Position numbers and translations under genes: made by a program
The notes under the pieces: model-generated
What the model was told of the DNA's origin: nothing
The model's input: the letters and a program-made list of their open reading frames with translations, nothing else
The model's database searches: none
Part shown: in pieces, positions 50,291 to 64,000 of the stretch
How positions within the stretch are numbered: the first letter of the stretch is position 1
Layout: every line of letters starts with the position of its first letter
Assembly (NCBI GenBank): GCA_034780895.1
Contig: JAUZTB010000064.1
Span: 26,885,074-26,949,073 of the forward strand
Reading direction: 5' to 3'
DNA from: Rhynchobatus australiae
Lineage: Eukaryota
Length of the DNA stretch: 64,000 bases

Positions 50291-53200
50291 TCATTTCTCC
50301 CTCTTTTTTCCTTCCCTTTGGAAGCTGCAACGATGAAAGCATAAGGGTTTTACCACTGTGAAGCATATAGAATATGCTTTAGGTCAGAAAAGATAATCAA
50401 CATTTGTAAAGCCTGGCACAGATTGATAGCCTTCGACTTTTAGAAGCCTCATTCAGATAGGTTAACATTAACTGGGTGAAGGCCAAGATCTATCACCACT
50501 CACAATTAAACTGGCTTCCAGATGAGACTGAGTAAGATTTCATACATATGTCCTCCAAGTTCAAGAGGAGTGAATAGTTCTCATCAGATTTTCCATTAGA
50601 GGAAAAGAAGTGTTTTGGACTCAAAATCTTGAAACATGAAAAAGTTCGGGGGAAAAATATATTTTCAGTGTTAACAAATTGATGTATTTGTTTTCCTAAA
50701 TTTAACAGTCACAAAAATATATGTGTAATAACTGGACTAAAGTCACTCCTATTTACTCAAATATACATCAATAAATATATAAAGGAAGTCTAGTTTTTGT
50801 GGCATGCTTGGAACATTTAATGATACAAAAAAATCCAATAATTTACATTTCCACAAATGAGTAAACTTCAGCTCAACTTCTGCTTTCAATTTAAGTAGCC
50901 TCTACCCTATCTCCCTGCTGTAATTAGAAAAGGTCATGCCTGAAATGCTAGCTCTACTGTATCTTTATCTTTCAGATGCTGATCAGTCTGCTGTGCTTCA
51001 TTTTCTATTTTTATTTCAGAAGTCTACAATTTGCTGCTTTCCTTTTTGATATCTTCTATCATTCTTTGAACAGATGATATCAGGAAAATTAATTAATTCA
51101 TTGCAAAGGTAAGCTTTCAGCTCAGTCTGCAGAAATGGCCAGCCTCAAAGCCCCTGGAAAGCCAATCTAACCTCACTTACCAAACATACTGCTGATGCAA
51201 CTCGCCAGAACATACATCTCACCAATCACCTCAAATGGAGGGGTATCTCAATGATCAAGTTGATAAAAGATGGCTACTTATGTCTGCTGCTNNNNNNNNN
51301 NNNNNNNNNNNNNNNNNNNNNNNNNNNNNNNNNNNNNNNNNNNNNNNNNNNNNNNNNNNNNNNNNNNNNNNNNNNNNNNNNNNNNNNNNNNNNNNNNNNN
51401 NNNNNNNNNNNNNNNNNNNNNNNNNNNNNNNNNNNNNNNNNNNNNNNNNNNNNNNNNNNNNNNNNNNNNNNNNNNNNNNNNNNNNNNNNNNNNNNNNNNN
51501 NNNNNNNNNNNNNNNNNNNNNNNNNNNNNNNNNNNNNNNNNNNNNNNNNNNNNNNNNNNNNNNNNNNNNNNNNNNNNNNNNNNNNNNNNNNNNNNNNNNN
51601 NNNNNNNNNNNNNNNNNNNNNNNNNNNNNNNNNNNNNNNNNNNNNNNNNNNNNNNNNNNNNNNNNNNNNNNNNNNNNNNNNNNNNNNNNNNNNNNNNNNN
51701 NNNNNNNNNNNNNNNNNNNNNNNNNNNNNNNNNNNNNNNNNNNNNNNNNNNNNNNNNNNNNNNNNNNNNNNNNNNNNNNNNNNNNNNNNNNNNNNNNNNN
51801 NNNNNNNNNNNNNNNNNNNNNNNNNNNNNNNNNNNNNNNNNNNNNNNNNNNNNNNNNNNNNNNNNNNNNNNNNNNNNNNNNNNNNNNNNNNNNNNNNNNN
51901 NNNAGGAGGAGAGAAATAGAGCCAAGTTTCCCACTCCAAAATGTGGCCTGGTAACTATTGCTGATAAATACATATGTTTGTAAATTGAAACATCATGATT
52001 CAACTCAGATGTGATGCCTTTGCATAGCACTATGGAAGGTCATTAAAATAGATTATTCAGTATATTGTGCCTCCACCAGTGCCTATCTATTCTCAATTAT
52101 TTCCTTTCAATTCCATCTAAAACACTGTGATTCCATCAAATTGAATAACAGGTTGTGGTAATGTATTCCAAATTACGGTAGTCTTTTGAGTGGAAAACAT
52201 TCTATCCACCTCCTTTCTGTTTCTAATAACGCTTATTCCCACTGACTCACCAGTGTCATGAACGTATAATATTGATGGTCAGGAAACAGCTTGGTGGTCC
52301 ATTAAATCCAGTAAAACATAACAATAGCTAGGGCATTAAGACCAGCCACTTCCCTGCCAAGTTCACCAATGCGTACCTACGCTCATCACCTGACCCAAAT
52401 GTAGGCATCTAATTCACTGAGAGCTACAAAAGCAATTCAAATAATTAAATGCAGGATCAATAAAGAGAAAAAGTACTTTGAAAAATCCCTCACTGATCCT
52501 TTAATTATGCAATTGTGTAAACACCCAATAGATTTCTCTCAATTTCTGTTGCCCAAGCAGGTACAGTATCAGTTCTTCTAGTGTCTCATCCTAAATATAA
52601 TCCTTCATTACTCAATAAATAGCCCAGTATTGGTCCTATGTACTGGCTAATGGATGACGTTCAGCATCTACACCAGTCTGAGACAACACCTTCAAAAGGG
52701 GAAACATGAATACTTGACTAAAATTAATATGTACCATTAGCACTACAATTCTGCATACATCAATTTTTTGAAAATATGCAGTAAATATTTCAGGTCTCAC
52801 AGAAATCTTAGTAACACTCAGAAACAGGTAGAGAATTTTAATGCTCTCTGAAAGTAGTGAAAGGAACATGGAGCTATCCTAAAATAAAACAGGGAGGAAG
52901 CAATCAATACAGACCTGTATGGTGGCCAGCTTTGGGAATTTGAATATTTTATAATGTATCCTGTTCTCCCTGTTAGTTCAGGCACTTAAAGTATTTCAAA
53001 ACCAAAACACTAAGAGGAACAGGTATCCTGAACTGCTTCAAATGCAACCCATATTAAAAGGAACTCTACAGGTCTTAATTAAATTGCACTGTTTCACAAT
53101 TGGATTTTGTGTTTAATACTTAACAGCACTAACCAATATATGTATTTAGATATTAGCGTTTGTTTAACCAGAAATTATAGCCCAAGTTCCTACAGACTAC

Positions 53201-53994
53201 TGATTGGACGACAATATCAGCTATAAAAAGGTTTTTCCAAACAAGAATCAATTACACCTCCCATAGTATTGCTCACTATGAAATGTAGGCTGCTGTGGGT
53301 CCCAGGGAGTGATAACATTTGAGAGGGCTTCTTTTGTTCTGGGAGCTAAAGGGAAAACATTCCAGAGTCTCCTACTGTCAGGAGTGTGGATGCAGAAATA
53401 AGCTAAGACAGGTAATGATTCAAGTACAGTATACCCCCATGTTACAGTACTTTGGGTTGCAAAATTCACAAATCACTACCAAAAAGCTTGAGACACAGAC
53501 TAAAAATTTGCTCTTACAGAAATGATGCAGAAAAAAAACAAATAAACAAACACAAAATGTATATAAAAAATTGAACTAGTTTACCAAGGACAATGATAGC
53601 AGGCTGCTGGTTCAGTGGGAGGCCACTTAAGGGATTAACTTTGGAAACTGACAAGGCAATCTCTTCTATTGATTCTTGTACAACAATACTTTATCTAAAA
53701 ACATAACATCCATTTCTAGTTAATTAAAACAACAACCCTTTCTCATCTGACAACAATGAAATCAGAATTTGCTTGTTTATAGACCAGGCACNNNNNNNNN
53801 NNNNNNNNNNNNNNNNNNNNNNNNNNNNNNNNNNNNNNNNNNNNNNNNNNNNNNNNNNNNNNNNNNNNNNNNNNNNNNNNNNNNNNNNNNNATCTGACAA
53901 CAATGAAATCAGAATTTGCTTGTTTATAGACCAGGCACCCTCAATGGCATTATTGTTGTAAGTTACAGAAACCTAGCAATACAGTTGGTTACAA

Positions 53995-55022
53995 TAATTC
54001 AGCCCTGATGAAAAAGCTTTGACCGGAAATGTTAACTCTGTTTCTCTTCCCACAATCAGAATCAGTTTATTGTCACTTCCATATACACTTACACCATGCA
54101 TGGGAGCGAAATTCTGTACTCCACAGATCAAGGTGCTGTTCACATTAAAGACAATCGGAGACACAAAGACAGAAAGAGATTAACGACATTGGACCCACAT
54201 TAAAAGAGACTAAAAAAACCCAGTTTAAAATGAATGTACTGATGTCACAGTCTTCCACTTTTGAGAAGTTAAACTAGGTCAGGCCATACACAGTGAATGA
54301 CAGGGCCCTGGGCAGTGTTATGGAACAGAGAGACCGTGAGGTACAAATACATAGTTCCCTGAAAGTGGCAACACAAGTAGACAGGGTGGTGAAGGGGAAG
54401 CCTGGTAGACTGAGCGCAAGAGTTGGAATGCCATGTTATAGCTGTACAAGGTGTTCGTGAAGTTGCACCTGAAGCACTGTGTGCAGTTCAGGTTGTCATA
54501 TTATAGGAAGAATATAATTAAGCTAGAGGGGGTACAGAAAAAAAATCAGAAGGATATTGCCGGGACTAGAGGGCTTGATTTAAAAGAGACTGGATAGGCT
54601 GGGACTATTTTCCCTGGAGCATAGGAGGACAAGGGAGACCTTGCAGAGGTTTATAAAATCACGAGGGGCATGAATAAGATGGATGGTCACAGTCTTCCTC
54701 CCAGGATAGGGGCATCTAAAATGAGGGCATAGGTTAAGGTGAGAGGGGGAAAATTTAAAGGGGACCTGAGGGGCAAGTTTTTCCCCACACAGAAGATGGT
54801 GGGTATATGGAATGAACTACAAGTGGGTACAATTACATTGGAAATTTGGACAGGTTCATGGCTAGGAAAGGTTTAGAGAGCTATGGGCCAAATGCAAGCA
54901 AATGGGACCAGCTCAGGAAAGTACCTTGGTTCGCATGGACGAGTTGGGCTAAAGGCCCTGTTTCCGCACTGTTAAAGTCTATGAGATGCCTGACCTGCTG
55001 AGTACTTCCAGCATATTCTTTT
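53995..55022 (+). mobile_element. Penelope-like repeat interrupted by a short retroposon tail and a CR1 (about 54270-54982)
   Basis: PLE part ctgatga...gaaatgttaactctgtttctcttcccac (54005-54053) resumes as agatgcctgacctgctgagtacttccagc at about 54983. A CR1 RT C-terminus and tail lie between. Confidence 0.75.
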
Positions 55023-55084
55023 TTGATTATTAATGATTCAAATAAGTCGGTTTGCTTAGCCAACCAGAAGAAACTACATCACTC

Positions 55085-56870
55085 CAGTACTTTCAATGCT
55101 TGCTGCAGGTAGTCCACATCTGAAATGCACACAGGAGGCCAAGGATCACAGATGCCTAGTAGACTAGAGGTCTTGAATTTTCTTGGATGCTTAAAGGCTG
55201 TGCTTGGCAATGAAGGAGATGGTGAATTTCATCACTCGTTGACAGGTGACTTGCGTGGTATGGAACGCAGTCTAAATTTTTCAAGGTTTCATAATGGTGG
55301 GTGGAGAACCATTGTGTTATGTATATTGAGTACAAGGCCTATTCTCTTGTTCTTCAAGCAAATGAATCAATGGTGACTTGGAGCTGCAGCCTCCAAACCT
55401 GCATGTATCCAAGTCTCATTCTGTATGTTGCAGCACACTGACTGAAACTGGGATGACCTTGGGTTCTGGCGTAGAGGCAACATAGGCTGAATAGTTTCCA
55501 AATTGTTCTGCATGCTAGCTTCAGTCCAGTGGGAAGCTTGAGATGCAGCATTGTGGTGAAACAGGTTGATTGCCTGACACCAGTCTGCACTGTGATTGGG
55601 TCTGTTGTGGACCCATTGATTACGATCACAGTTTACACATCAGCATATAGCAGACAAAAGGCAAAGAAGAACTTTTGTGAGCAGCCAAAGTTGAGAAAAT
55701 TGCTACACGATCACTCTCCATTAATGGAGACAAAGGTTTTTGGGAGATCAGAGAAAGCCACATTTGGTGGTCAATGCTGCTCTCTGCATTTCTCTTTGAG
55801 TTGTATGGTGAAGATCACATCCACAGTGCCTCTACATGGAAGAATCCCATAGTCTGTTGAGAAGTAGATCTTTGGCTACTGGGTAGAGGTTATTGAGGGG
55901 GTCCTTATCAATGATATTTCTTGTGGCAGACAACAGAAAGAACCCTCTGTATTTACTGCAATTGGATTTGTCTCCTTTCTTTAAGTTGGTCATAATAATA
56001 GTGCCTCTGAGGTCCCCTTGCATGTCCTCCTGTTCCCAATCATGAGAAGAACTTATGACTTTGGGACTCAAGTTTTTCTCTGCCAAGTTTTAGAACTTCA
56101 GCAGAGATACTTTCTGATCAGATCTTTCTNNNNNNNNNNNNNNNNNNNNNNNNNNNNNNNNNNNNNNNNNNNNNNNNNNNNNNNNNNNNNNNNNNNNNNN
56201 NNNNNNNNNNNNNNNNNNNNNNNNNNTCATAGTTGAGGAGTTCTTTCATGCGCTCCATCCAGCATGTACTGATTTCCACTCTATCCTTGATAATGTCCAC
56301 CTCTGTTCTTCACTCTCTGTGGGCGGGCCTTTGGGTGTTATGGTTGTAGATCATCTTGACAGCACTGAAGAACCTGCACATGTCACGGTTACCAGTGCAT
56401 TCCTGAGCGTGCTGCTCTATTTCCACCCATTTGTTCCTTAGGTCATGGGTTTTCTCTTGAGCCTTAGCTTTAGGACCTGCAGAACAGTTTATTTTCCCTT
56501 GATGTTTTCATCCAAGAATGCCTCATGTTATGGTTAATCAGCTCCTGGATTTCCACTGAAGTTGGATCCTCTTGTTGCTCAGCATCTCTGTATTGAGGGT
56601 AATTATAGCCAACCAGCTCTGATGGGTAGGTCATATCATTCACATGTCCAACACTAGAGTCCTCAAAGTGACAATCTACCCCAAGCTCTGCAACAATAAA
56701 AGGCAACCAAGAGGGTGGAGGAAAATGTTCAAGGATTTTCCCAAAGTCATCTCACCAAATTAATGGAATTCCAAGTTCATAACTGTTCAAAATTGAGAAG
56801 CAGCATTTGAAATGGCATTTTGAATCTTGAATCCATTCATCAGGAGCTCAGTGTAAATGGCAAGAGAAGA
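55085..56870 (-). mobile_element. RTE-clade LINE fragment (RT N-terminal and central region)
   Basis: ORFs WMERMKELLN, KKGDKSNCSKYRGFFLLSATRNII and INGSTTDPITVQTGVRQ match RTE RT motifs. Confidence 0.8.
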
Positions 56871-58824
56871 AAGGAAGTTTCATATTGGGGATTGGCTGTG
56901 AATGATGGCTGAAAATGAGTCATGGAGATTCACTGATATGGGAATCCTTGTACACTCACACACTCAATTATTTTCAGTATTTCTCAACCTCCTCATGTTT
57001 GTGAACGTCTTCCATACAGGATATTTCTCGATCTCTTCTCATACATATGTTACTCACATATTACTCACCGTTCCATTCATTTCTTTCACCTCTTCTTTAC
57101 GTAACCATTCCTGAAATTTTTCCCTTTCCTCTTTGAGATTTTACATCCTCATCGTTTCTAATAAATTTAATAAATTGTCTTCGTATTCTTTTGCTTCTTC
57201 CTCTTGTCTCTTCTTCAACACCTCAAGATGTTGTAAGAATCAAATACCGTCATGGGCATGAGCTTCAGTGAATGAGAAGCATTCCCCAGTGAGGAATATT
57301 GGGAATCAGGAACATCTACACAATAGCACTGAAATTACTGGGCTGGCAAGAGCACAGCCATCTGTCACCAAAGAGTAAAAACAATGCAAAAGATAAATAA
57401 AAAAAGAATGAAAAATAAGAGCTAACTCAAACATTGATTTTTGTGAAATTTCAAAAATAAAATCCATAGCAAAGGGAAGAATGAGCCTCTCAAATAAAAG
57501 GCTGCGGAGAAAAAAGACAGCAGGGAACATATATGGTCCACTTTATTGCTGGAATCAGGCTCATGATGGTGTTGGGAGAGTTGACAGGGAAGATCAAGGC
57601 CGACATTAATCCCATGATCTAGTTAGTCCACTGGGGATAAGTATAAACAACAAAACATCACCTACAACTTTGGGCTTTCAATAAGGAAAATTGAATTGTA
57701 ACACTGCATAAGACGAGTGAAAGACATCACAGAAGTAGAATTGTATAATCACGGGGTCAAAAATCCTCACCATCCTGCCAGGAAATGTGTACCATAATCA
57801 AAAACATTAATATTTTAAACTAGATTTGTTGTTTTTTTGATTTAACTCAGGTGTTATGTACCCTTCAGTAGTGTCCCAACTAAACCTTTATGCAGTTAAT
57901 GTCACGTGAATATCTTGTCTTTTAATTTATTGTCATTCATTTAAATCTAGCATTTGGTGACTATAATTAAATTTTTTTGTCAAATTTGGCAATGCATCTC
58001 CTGCTAAAGGAAGCAGTGCTGACATCTATTTATTAGCTGTTTTGACTCTTCATTTTTTGGATTACAATACTTCTATAAATGCAGCACAACTTGTCCATGA
58101 CTCTGAGCTACAACCAAGATGGAGGGTTATTATCAGAATAGTTAAATTGCATCGAATTCACTGCATCCATCAATTTTGCTGATAAAATGTAGTCTAATGC
58201 CTTACATTAGTTCAGTAGCTTGTTTATATTAAGGGATACATTTTGTCTTCAACATTTGTTGCATAGATTTATGCAATGGGGGTATATACCAGGACTTGGT
58301 ATGTGCTCCGATTGCACTGTAAAGGGTGAGAATTATAGTAGAGATTGGGTGAGTTCACATCCAATTCCTGATATGTGCTCCCAGTGAACAAGGCTTTGCA
58401 TTAGGAACGCTGAAATGGAAGAACATACCTTAAGCTGTATAATAAAAAGACACAATCCAACATTATGATATCCAGTACAGATTCATGCATTGCATTAATC
58501 AAACTTCATAAATAGATGTCATGAGAATTAGGTGCACTATTAGATACAGTATGCTAATTGTGAACAGCTTCACTATTTTCCCGTATAATAAATAAAGCGT
58601 CTACTTATAGTAATTTTTTTAATATTGAGATTTTTCTGANNNNNNNNNNNNNNNNNNNNNNNNNNNNNNNNNNNNNNNNNNNNNNNNNNNNNNNNNNNNN
58701 NNNNNNNNNNNNNNNNNNNNNNNNNNNNNNNNNNNNNNNAGTATTTTTTTTAATATTGAGATTTTTCTGAGAGATTAGTACTGAGAATTTAAAACTAATA
58801 TAAATTAAAAACATATACGAGAGA

Positions 58825-58874
58825 GATTGCTTTCGGTATTATGTGTTTGGATTGCTTTAGGTATTATGTGTTTG
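58825..58874. repeat. 25-bp tandem duplication
   Basis: gattgctttcggtattatgtgtttg / gattgctttaggtattatgtgtttg. Confidence 0.9.
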
Positions 58875-61800
58875 CATCATTCTCTCTTGTGGCAGACTCC
58901 TATTCTTAGTCTGGTCCACAGAGAGAAACAATGAGCAGAGGCCACTTCCCCAATGGAAATATAAAGAAGCAATGAAAAATAAAATCAGTGAAACACACTG
59001 GGCACTGGTGCACAGCTTCCTGCAACTGCCTACACAATCAGAGTCCAGGAGTACATAAAGATATACATTTTTGGGAAGGGTATTTGTGATACACTGAAAT
59101 GGTGAAAAAGTTCCACAGGTCAGAAATGTGTTGAGGAGGACCCAGAAAAATCTCTATAAAATTTTAAACTGTAGTAAAACCCACTGTGCCTCAAATAAAG
59201 CCCCCAAAGAGGTATAAATTAACAAATTCATGTTAGTTGAAAAAAACATCAAACGGAATCACACAATCTCTTTGCACAAGATTGCAAATAGAGGCTATTT
59301 GGTCCATCAATTCTTTGGAAGCGTAATGCAAAAGCAATCCAGTCGGACTCATTCCCTGGCCCTTTCCCCATAGCTCAGTCAAAAGTGCAATTGAACATTA
59401 CAGTGTGAAAGTTAGTATGCTATGGGTTAAATGGCCCCTTCTGCTCTTGGCTTTTCTTTTTCTCTTATGAGAAATAGTTTAATTAACTACCTATTAGACA
59501 ACTCTGAAGTGCTGTCACTTGAGGGTTTCAATGTTGAGGATATTCAGTGGGAGACCGGGTTTACATTGCACATGGTGAGACACAGAATTTAAACACATCT
59601 CCATTAATTTCATTTAGTAACTCATCAAACAACTGCATCAGGGTGCCACCATTTTCGTTATAGTTAGACAAGAAGATCAAAGAAAACAGTCCAACCAATT
59701 TGAGTTTCATACATGGCAAAAGGCCATTCAAATCTATTTAGAGCATTGTTGTAGGGAGATGCCTTTGTATCCCCACAAACTGCAGAATTCAAATTTATTT
59801 AAGAGATTCCAGGTATTTATCCAAACTACCAAACCTGGAAGTTAATGTGTTCCGCACTAATTATTGATTTAACTTTTAATATTAATGAAGGATATCTCTA
59901 ATAGTCTCTTTAAGAGGTCCAGTTTTCTTTCATAACTCAGTCCTCACACAGAGGCACTGCCTTGAGACTTGAATGAGCCTTGCCTTCATATTAGAACTTG
60001 TTTCAATATTCAGCATTCTATTGTGTACTGATTTAGCATTCTATTATGATTCCATGAGAAGGTTATTGGATCACTTCCCTCACTGTTATTTGTGCGACTG
60101 TGTTGAGCACAATTTGGCTTCAGTGAATGAGAAATACTTAAGGAGGAGCACATACTGTGAAATTCATTGCAGAATTACAGGTTATTTTCTTTTTTTTTAC
60201 AGAAACCTCAAACTATAAGAAAATTACTCATATATACATTTTACATTAGATCCAGGGACTGCAAAACGAAGAAAATGGAGCAATATCTTCTATCCTATGT
60301 ACCATGCCCAAAAACAGTACACTTTGTGGCAAACCATCCAGTTTTACGTTGTGCGAAACATACATGATCTAAAAGGGATGCCTTTTGCTGATTTTCTTTC
60401 CATTTCCTCTTCTACACCCAGTACCTTGACTGAATGGCAATTTCCTATTTCTGCCANNNNNNNNNNNNNNNNNNNNNNNNNNNNNNNNGGGAATATCACA
60501 GCTAGCTGTGATTCAACCCTCAACCAACTTCCACATGCCTATTTTCTAGCAGAGGACAGTGAAAAAGGGATAGGATCAGGAACTTTAAGCAGTTTTTTTT
60601 TCTCTCAGGCATTAAGGTACTGAAACAAATTAAAGTGGCCTTACTGCTGTCATGCCTTTAGCTGACTCAATGCAATCCAGTGACAAAACCTTAGACTTTT
60701 ATGAAATGTATGGCTTAATACTGCATTCAACTTAAAAAGGAAAATAAAAATAGAGGTCTAAAACACAAGAATCAGTGAGGGACTTTATTTCCTTAGTTGC
60801 ATCAGCTGCATTGCCATTAACTATTAATTCCTCTGTTTGCTAATTTTTACATTTATTCAGATGGGATACACTTACTTTAAGTAAAATAAATTGTTCTCAA
60901 TTAAATGGAATTGTCGCCTTCCTCTTCCTATCATACCCAATTATTACATCGTAATCAGCCCTTTAGGGAGTTGGTATAGAATTGATCTGATCTGCATACT
61001 TAAATGTTACCTCCTGCAACAAATGTGACAGTAATTTCCTTCATATTTTAGAACTGTTATTAGCCTCACCTATTCCTTACTGCATTTTGGCAAAGCTAGA
61101 GATTTTAATGAAGAGATTTATACAAATCTCTACCTTAGAGAATCCACATAGAAAATATGGATATTTTATAATCCTCCATTTACCCACTTTTAAAAAAACC
61201 ATTATATAAGTATAAATTAAAAAAATATGATCCCAGATAGATCAAAACAGAACAACATCATCTAATTTCAGTAGACTCGTGTCTTTTGTAAATGTAATCC
61301 TAGGTTTCAGAGATTATGTATTGTACTCACCTGAACTGTGAAAAGCACCCAGCACAATTACACATCTCTATTTTGTCTCTCTCAACTTTGGCCACCTCTG
61401 GAGAACACCTTTTACTGCATAACAGTGGAGTGAAGTACTTGTGGTCACAGTTTTTCATCAATGGCAGGAGTAATTTAAGGTGATGAATTAATAGTATCAC
61501 ACAAGTATTGCATCAGCTTAACTGTATTTTATTTTAGTGTATTGATACCAGTGTGCTAAATAAGCTGAGTGACAGTATTTTAGCATTCAAAGTGTGAAAA
61601 TGATTTGCTAGTCCTACAAATGTTTTCACACATTGAACTACAGCAATATTAACCCAAAAGCACTATTCAATTGAAAAATCATTATTTTGTTAGGAAAAAG
61701 ACAGTATGTAGATTTCAAACTTTATCTTTCCTAATTCAATTTTCTTTGCTATGTCATTCATAGGCGTCACAACATGAAATGAATTTATCTTCATTCCAAG

Positions 61801-62430
61801 GTAGAATTCAATTTGGAAAAAGTCCCTTTATTGTTGCTTATTTAACTACACTAAATTTCTGAATGAGTGAAAATTGCCATTTTATGACCTCTGTTCTTCC
61901 AACTAGTTTAATGTGAACACATGCTATTTAATTATATTTAACCTTTTCAGTAACTATTCTTGAATGAAGGTTTCAACAATATGACCCTCATTTATTTCTT
62001 AAAGCTATAACCTATGTACTTAATGACACTTTTAAAATGTTAATCTTTGATGTCTAGCAGAAAATTAAACCAATGTAGAGCTCCTGGGGTCTGGAATGTT
62101 CCCCTATTGTGGTACACAGGTAGAAATCACATTAAATTTCAAATGTAGTAATATACTTTGTTACACTTATCCCCATAGCATTATAGTTCTGTCAACAATC
62201 TAACCAGAAAGTGATGCAGAGATGCATGTTCACAGTTATAAACAGGACATGCAAAAGAGTATTTTAACCACCAGCTATGGTTTTCCTCAATTCCNNNNNN
62301 NNNNNNNNNNNNNNNNNNNNNNNNNNNNNNNNNNNNNNNNNNNNNNNNNNNNNNNNNNNNNNNNNNNNNNNNNNNNNNNNNNNNNNNNNNNNNNNNNNNN
62401 NNNNNNNNNNNNNNNNNNNNNNNNNNNNNN

Positions 62431-62835
62431 TTCCCAGCATTTTCCTTTATTTCAGATTTCCAACAACTGCCATGTTCTGTATCTCACAGGTCAAGCAAGT
62501 TATTTTCCCTTTCTATTGCTTCCTTCCTCAATTTACACCGTCTCCTGGCAGATTGAGTGTCATTAACAAACTTTTTGCACCCTCTCTTCTAGTTGACATG
62601 AGTCTGGGTCATTTGCCTTTCCTTAGTCCTCACCCTCTCCCAGACATTCCTTTAGTTGCCTCCATCCCTCCTCCTCCTCTTCAGTTTAACACATCTGTTT
62701 CCTAAATATTTCTATTTCTAATATCATTAGCTTGAAACATTAACTGTTTCTCTCTACATAAGCTGCCTGACCCGCTGAGTTTTTCTTGCTTTTGCTATTT
62801 ATTTCAGGTTTACAGCATCTGCAATTTTTGCATTT
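62431..62835 (+). mobile_element. Penelope-like terminal repeat, partial tandem arrangement
   Basis: cccagcattttcctttatttcagatttccaac at 62433 recurs as gctgcctgacccgctgag...tttatttcaggtttacagcatctgca at about 62760-62825. Confidence 0.55.
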
Positions 62836-63814
62836 CAGTGGCTATCAATACTTCGATAACTGAGATAAGTTGTTTACGAGATTGCTGCAGCAATCTCCCA
62901 ATAGCAATCAGGAAACTCTACCCTTGCTCTTTGTGCACTTATGTTCTTCCTTCCCTCCTTTTCCCCAGTGAAAACAGTCCTTTCCAGTTCAAAATGCTAA
63001 TATTTTCTTTCCTCAGCTCCTGCCAGCTTTCTTGAAGTTCTTCTCTCTTCCCTGAAGCTCTTCTCACTTCCCTAGGTATCATTGGCTGTCCTAATGTGCC
63101 CAGAACTAGTATTTCAACTGTTTGAAGCAGTTCAATACTGCCAACAGCTGTNNNNNNNNNNNNNNNNNNNNNNNNNNNNNNNNNNNNNNNNNNNNNNNNN
63201 NNNNNNNNNNNNNNNNNNNNNNNNNNNNNNNNNNNNNNNNNNNNNNNNNNNATCTGACAAGACTATCACTGCTTTTTCTTCAGTTTCAGGTGTTAATAAA
63301 GCCTATTTTATAATTCTCCACTTGGGCTTCTTCAGCACATAGCAACATTTATTTAAATTCAACTTATTGATAAATAAGGGGTGGTAAAATTTACCTATCC
63401 GCAGATTGCCCTGGTTCCATAAAAGCAAGTGAGTTCCAAAACTATAATGCTTATGACACATCAGCTAGCTTTTACAAATCTCCCTGCACAGTGCTTAGGT
63501 GTCTGAATGAGCATGAACAGTTGTGCATGTCCATTTCAGCTTGAAAACACTACAAGCAGTATTCAGCTGGGTGAAGTTGGTTTCCGTTTTACACAACAAA
63601 TATAGACTTCCTCAAAGGAAACCAATTAGCCCCATTTATATAATATACAATTTGGCTACAGAAATGTGTGTGTAATATGGTTATTTATTAAATAAACCAT
63701 GCATATATTCCAATACAAAGAAGTTTAACATTAATTAAATTCTAATAGAAAAAGCCATGGGTGCAGTGGTTACATTTTTGGAGCTTCAATCTAAAAGGCA
63801 TGTTATAGATGTTA

Positions 63815-64000
63815 TTACAGAGATTGAACAGGTCAACAAGTTCAAACCCCACCATGGTAAGATGAAAATTTAAATCAGTGTTTACTGATAAGCGATTTTT
63901 AAATCTTGATTTTGCTGAAACGTTGTGATGGATTACCATCATCCTTTAGAAAAGGAAATATACCCTAAACATCTCACACCAATGTAGTTAGCTTTTAGTT
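63815..64000 (+). mobile_element. Decayed SINE-like fragment
   Basis: aagttcaaaccccaccatgg (B-box-like) and tcctttagaaaaggaaa...caatgtagtt tail. Confidence 0.4.

Overview
AT-rich vertebrate genomic DNA from a draft assembly with many N gaps. The repeat content (CR1 LINEs, an HE1/V-type tRNA SINE, Penelope-derived foldbacks, a Tx1-like tail) points to a cartilaginous fish (shark or ray). The whole window lies inside one gene on the minus strand, the class I bHLH E-protein gene TCF4 (E2-2/ITF2). Seven consecutive internal coding exons are present, all with canonical AG/GT boundaries and matching phases: 32609-32714, 30767-30900, 26916-27048, 23463-23530, 21239-21317, 21043-21119 and 18292-18495. 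They encode VYAPSAST...NRHSLM, including the AD2 region. I found neither the N-terminal exons nor the bHLH exons, so the gene extends beyond both window edges. The rest is intron, filled with decayed CR1, L2, RTE and Tx1-like LINE fragments, SINEs, a Tigger/pogo-like MITE carrying a minisatellite, and Penelope-like fragments with minimal hammerhead ribozyme motifs, two of them foldbacks with 14-15 bp target-site duplications. The best leads are a near-intact hammerhead in TCF4 sense orientation (44435-44472), a CpG-enriched candidate internal promoter/first exon (about 42.7-42.9 kb), a coiled-coil-like coding remnant ending at an in-phase donor (about 57.1 kb), and a NAGNAG acceptor. I see no clearly new multi-gene system. 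Repeat boundaries are approximate and family calls come from recalled motifs, not from a database search.
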